Below, piece after piece: positions 60,700-64,000 of a stretch of 64,000 nucleotides of DNA (positions are counted from its first letter, which is position 1; the number at the start of each line of letters is the position of its first letter). The notes beneath the pieces are model-generated. The model did no database searches. It saw nothing but the letters and a program-made list of their open reading frames with translations, and had not been told where the DNA came from. Source of the DNA: Trichosphaerium sp. ATCC 40318 (Eukaryota > Protista > Tubulinea); assembly GCA_038496445.1 (NCBI GenBank), contig JALMLS010000035.1, forward strand, positions 46,897 through 110,896, read 5' to 3'. The position numbers were made by a program, and so were the translations under genes.

Positions 60700-63650
60700 G
60701 TGTTTTCCGCTTCCCAAAAACAGCGCGGTCAGCGATATTCGCGGTTCAGAGGAAAGGGCAGAGAGGGGCATTTAGCGATTCGTTTGCAGAAAAAACGTGG
60801 TTGTTGAAGGCGAAAAATGGAATAGTGTGGATATTAAAAAAGAAAATTTTTTTTTTGGTTTTTTTTTTTTTTCTTGTTGTGAAGATAAGAAAGAGCGTAC
60901 GCGACGAACGGACCCTAGAGCGCAATAACCAGCGAAAAACGGAGCTCTAGAGCGCAAAAAAAAATGAATAAAGCGATTTGTACCAGCGCATCAGCCCCAA
61001 ATACAAAAAAAACTGAAAAGTTTTCGCGGTTTTAATTTTTTTTTTTGTGGATAAAAGTGGATACAGCGCGTACAAAAGAGTTACGAAAGTGATGTGAGGG
61101 CTACGAAAACTCGATATTTTCGGGAAAGGGCGCTAGTCTTACAACCGTGTAGCCTAATGGCGGCGTAAATGGAGAAAAGACTATGAGGCACAAACCGAAA
61201 TCAAATTCCCCTAAAACGCCAGGGCAATTTGCCTGCGCAGAAGGACAGGGAAAAATTTTGAGCGGCACGCGCCTGCAGAAATCGTATTCTCTTTCCCTTG
61301 GCACAAATCGAGAAAACAAAAAAAAGAATCGGGTCGAACGCAAAAACAGCATTTGAAGAAAGTGCAACAAATGCGACGTCCGCAAAGCCCCTTTTTTTGT
61401 TATACCCGATGAAACAAGCCCACAGGGAGTGCACGGTGATGTGGGACCGCCCATCGTGCAGCACATTTACGGTGACTGGCCGTCACGCCTTGATCAACAC
61501 TTCCAAACACTAACACAGGAGTGCAATCGGGTGTGTGTGACGGCAAGCGCGAGGACCTAATGAGCTGTTGTCTTCTACCACCTAAGCGCCCTATGAAAAC
61601 ATGTGTAAAAAACATTAGCACAGGCAGTGGTAATCGATTTCTGGCCAGAAGCGTTGTGAACAGGTGGTACACTGTAACTACAGAACAACTACACGACCCC
61701 AACCTTCCACACACAAAAAGCAAGAGGGTAGCCTGTATTCTTCTATCGTGGCGAGAACCATACTCACAAAAGTGTTTATAGTTTTAGCGCGTTTTAGAGC
61801 ACAATGGCTGTAAGTCCTCTTGATTTTTTGTACAAACAAACCCATCCTTTTGTATTATTTACATTGGAATGGGATTGCATAAATAGCATGTACGCGTTAC
61901 TACGTATCGCACACAACACCCCACGATTACGGCTACTCTAGCTTTTTTTTATGTGATAGAACAGGGCTTGCATAGACTCGCACCCAAGTATATCCATCGA
62001 TGACGATGCCCGTTGGTGATGTGTGTGTGTAGCTAGCTCAACTTGCTGGTTTTTTTACAAATCATGTTCTTATCTGCGCTCTTCTAGCATTATAACACCC
62101 AAATCGAGGTGTAGAAATGCTAATCGAGTTCTATGACCAAGACTTTGTTTCTCTTCTAGCATTATAACACCTCATTTGTAGTGTAGAAATGCTAATCGAG
62201 TAGCAAGTCAAGAATTGTGTTTCTTCTAGCATTATAACACACACTATTTTAGAGGTGTAGAAATGCTAATCGAATTACAAGTCATGCAAATACATACATA
62301 CATTATACCCAAATATGTGCAAGTCACATCATTTGAGTACAATAGTAATTGAAGCCCTTAGTGGGCAACAACTGCACATGTTTATGACACTAGTTCCTCT
62401 TCTATCATTATAACACCCCACCATGAGGTGTAGAAATGTTAATCGAGTAATTGGTTGGTTGTCACAACAGCTTGATTCTCTTCTTTCATGAGTAATGCAT
62501 TACAGCAATGTAGTGTGGTCATGTTAATCGAGGCATTAGGTACTAGAGTGTTTATGCGATCCCAAGTGGGGTTAACATAACCATATCTAAGTTGCTTGAG
62601 TAATCAAAGTATCAACACACTTCAGTTGAAGTTCCACAGTGAACAGCAACAGTAGCAGTTGTACACCTAGTTGATGCCCTTAGTGGGCAAAAACGAGAAA
62701 GTATTGAACTCTTCTGCTCTTCTAGCATTATAACACTACCTCAAAAAAAAAGGTGGTGTAGAAATGCTAATCGAGTACCAAGACAATACTACCAAAGATT
62801 GTGTGTCATGCATATTCAAGGTATAATATGTTGAAGCCCTCAGTAGGCAACAACTACCACATGTATGAACTTTATTATATCTCTTCTATCATTATAACAC
62901 TTCCATAAAAAGGAGGTGTAGAAATGCTAATCGAGTATAAGAGTCTCACTATACAGAAAGTACAGTCCTAAGTTGTATGCAAAGTCATATATGCTCAGGG
63001 TTGGACGAAAGGAATCTAATGTATTCCAATTAGTTCAATTAAACTGTAAAACCACATATCCAAATACCCAATGGAAAGACAAGTATCAAGTACTTGGGTA
63101 AATAGATGTGAGTCCAGTTGATGGAAAGGCACACAAGCCAAGTACATGAACAAGGTTGAAGCTCATCAAGGAAAGGCAACAAGTCCGAGTACTAGAAGAG
63201 TAAGTAAGAGCCAAAACAAAATCAAAAAAAAAAAAAAAAGAGTGTATGAAAAATGATGCAGTTGCAAGCTATTACCGACGATGCCTCAAGGGCTACTCAG
63301 TAAAAATAGGCATGACTCATCAAGAAAAGTAGTCCTTTAAAAAGACACAACCCTATGCTGTTGTGGCAATGTGCTCTATGAGCATCTCTTGCCATAAAAA
63401 CCATAACCAAGACACATCAGCTTCTTCTCCAACAAGAAAGGCTGATGTTGTCCGGCACCAGGTATTTGTGATGTTCATCAAAAAGACCTTCATTTATATA
63501 TCCTCCTTGAAAGAGAATAGGATTGTAGATTGAATGGTTTCTTATGAAGTTCATTCTTCAAAAAACCACCTAAAAACCTCAACCACCTTTGGTCTGATGA
63601 GAAATTATTTTAAATGCAGCTATCTGCTTTAAAAACTCTGATGCAAAAGG
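60700..63650 (+). other. rDNA intergenic spacer / 5' external transcribed spacer
   Basis: No spliced gene recognisable, composition differs from the genic region, internal repeats, and it directly precedes the SSU rRNA 5' end. Pol I start not located. Confidence 0.7.
62079..62935 (+). repeat. Array of structured repeats: motif A x7 interleaved with motif B x4
   Basis: A: CTCTTCTAGCATTATAACAC-variable-GTGTAGAAATGCTAATCGAG at 62079, 62151, 62221, 62397, 62478 (divergent), 62717, 62881. B: GTTGAAGCCCTTAGTGGGCAACAAC-like at about 62348, 62625, 62670, 62830. Confidence 0.95.
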
Positions 63651-64000
63651 TACCTGGTTGAGCCTGCAGGAGTGATAAGCTTTCTCGAAGGATTAAGCCA
63701 TGCAAGCTCAGCAAAGAGGTATCCTCGGAGCCGCAAACGGCTCCTTAAAACGGTCGTAACCCACCCGACAAGACTAATAATGGTCACGTCATTTTGCACA
63801 CAGGAACTTGTTTCCTAAACGCACTATAACCAAAACTCGTGGCCTCCCCCGCGGATAACCGGGATTAAAGGAAACCTGCGGCTAATACGTAATGCGCCTA
63901 GCGCTGCCGATGGGCCCCTCTGCTGCAAGGACCCATCGGTCGCATCCAACGCTCAGGAGCGGACGATCACCCGATCCCATCCTTGGTTAGCCAAGGGAAG
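63651..64000 (+). rRNA. 18S (SSU) rRNA, 5' 350 nt, highly divergent
   Basis: TACCTGGTTGAGCCTGC, GATTAAGCCATGCA, GCAAACGGCTC.TTAAA and GGATAACCG..GCTAATAC occur in the order of eukaryotic SSU conserved blocks. Confidence 0.88.

Noticed and set aside
60720-61720. RNase P/MRP, U3 or group I intron in the GC-richer spacer segment
   Set aside because: No matching conserved boxes (P4 halves, C/D boxes, P7) found by eye.
62079-62128. Hairpin ribozyme loop A (AGAA strand)
   Set aside because: The opposite strand is UAUA, not the required N-GUC, and no loop B consensus is present.
62079-62935. CRISPR array (regular repeats, with a TTTCTAC resembling a Cas12a repeat on the minus strand)
   Set aside because: Eukaryotic rDNA context and no cas genes. 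The variable parts are self-complementary caps, and the linkers are related to each other and irregular in length.
63608-63635. Twister-ribozyme-like AATGCAGC
   Set aside because: It folds as a simple hairpin (TTTTAAA-T-GCAG-CTAT-CTGC-TTTAAAA) with no pseudoknot partners.

Overview
Compact, AT-rich, intron-dense eukaryotic DNA with short introns (mostly 40-80 nt, GTACGT/GTAAGT donors, several GC-AG). It is most consistent with an amoebozoan protist (Dictyostelium-type STAT, SH2-bearing TKL kinase, TRE-like LINE). About 16 spliced or intronless genes were read by hand: CBS protein, TKL-SH2 kinase, LUSTR/GPR107-TMEM87 protein, surface proteins, F-box/LRR, STAT, GPI-anchored GH8, F-box/MORN, NAMPT, SAC3-family protein, ankyrin protein, SH3-WD40 protein, DUSP-UBA, TMEM131 and ACBP-ankyrin. 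The window also holds a 1.3-kb inverted duplication, a 5'-truncated LINE with a target-site duplication, and four tRNA-like relics, and it ends in an rDNA spacer plus the first 350 nt of a highly divergent 18S rRNA. Most striking: (1) an ankyrin gene in which the variable beta-hairpin residues of each repeat are encoded by separate phase-0 microexons of 3, 6 or 9 nt (11 in total, six single-codon), each repeat summing to exactly 33 aa; (2) an array of two covarying structured-RNA motifs upstream of the 18S gene. All gene models are manual and lack transcript support.
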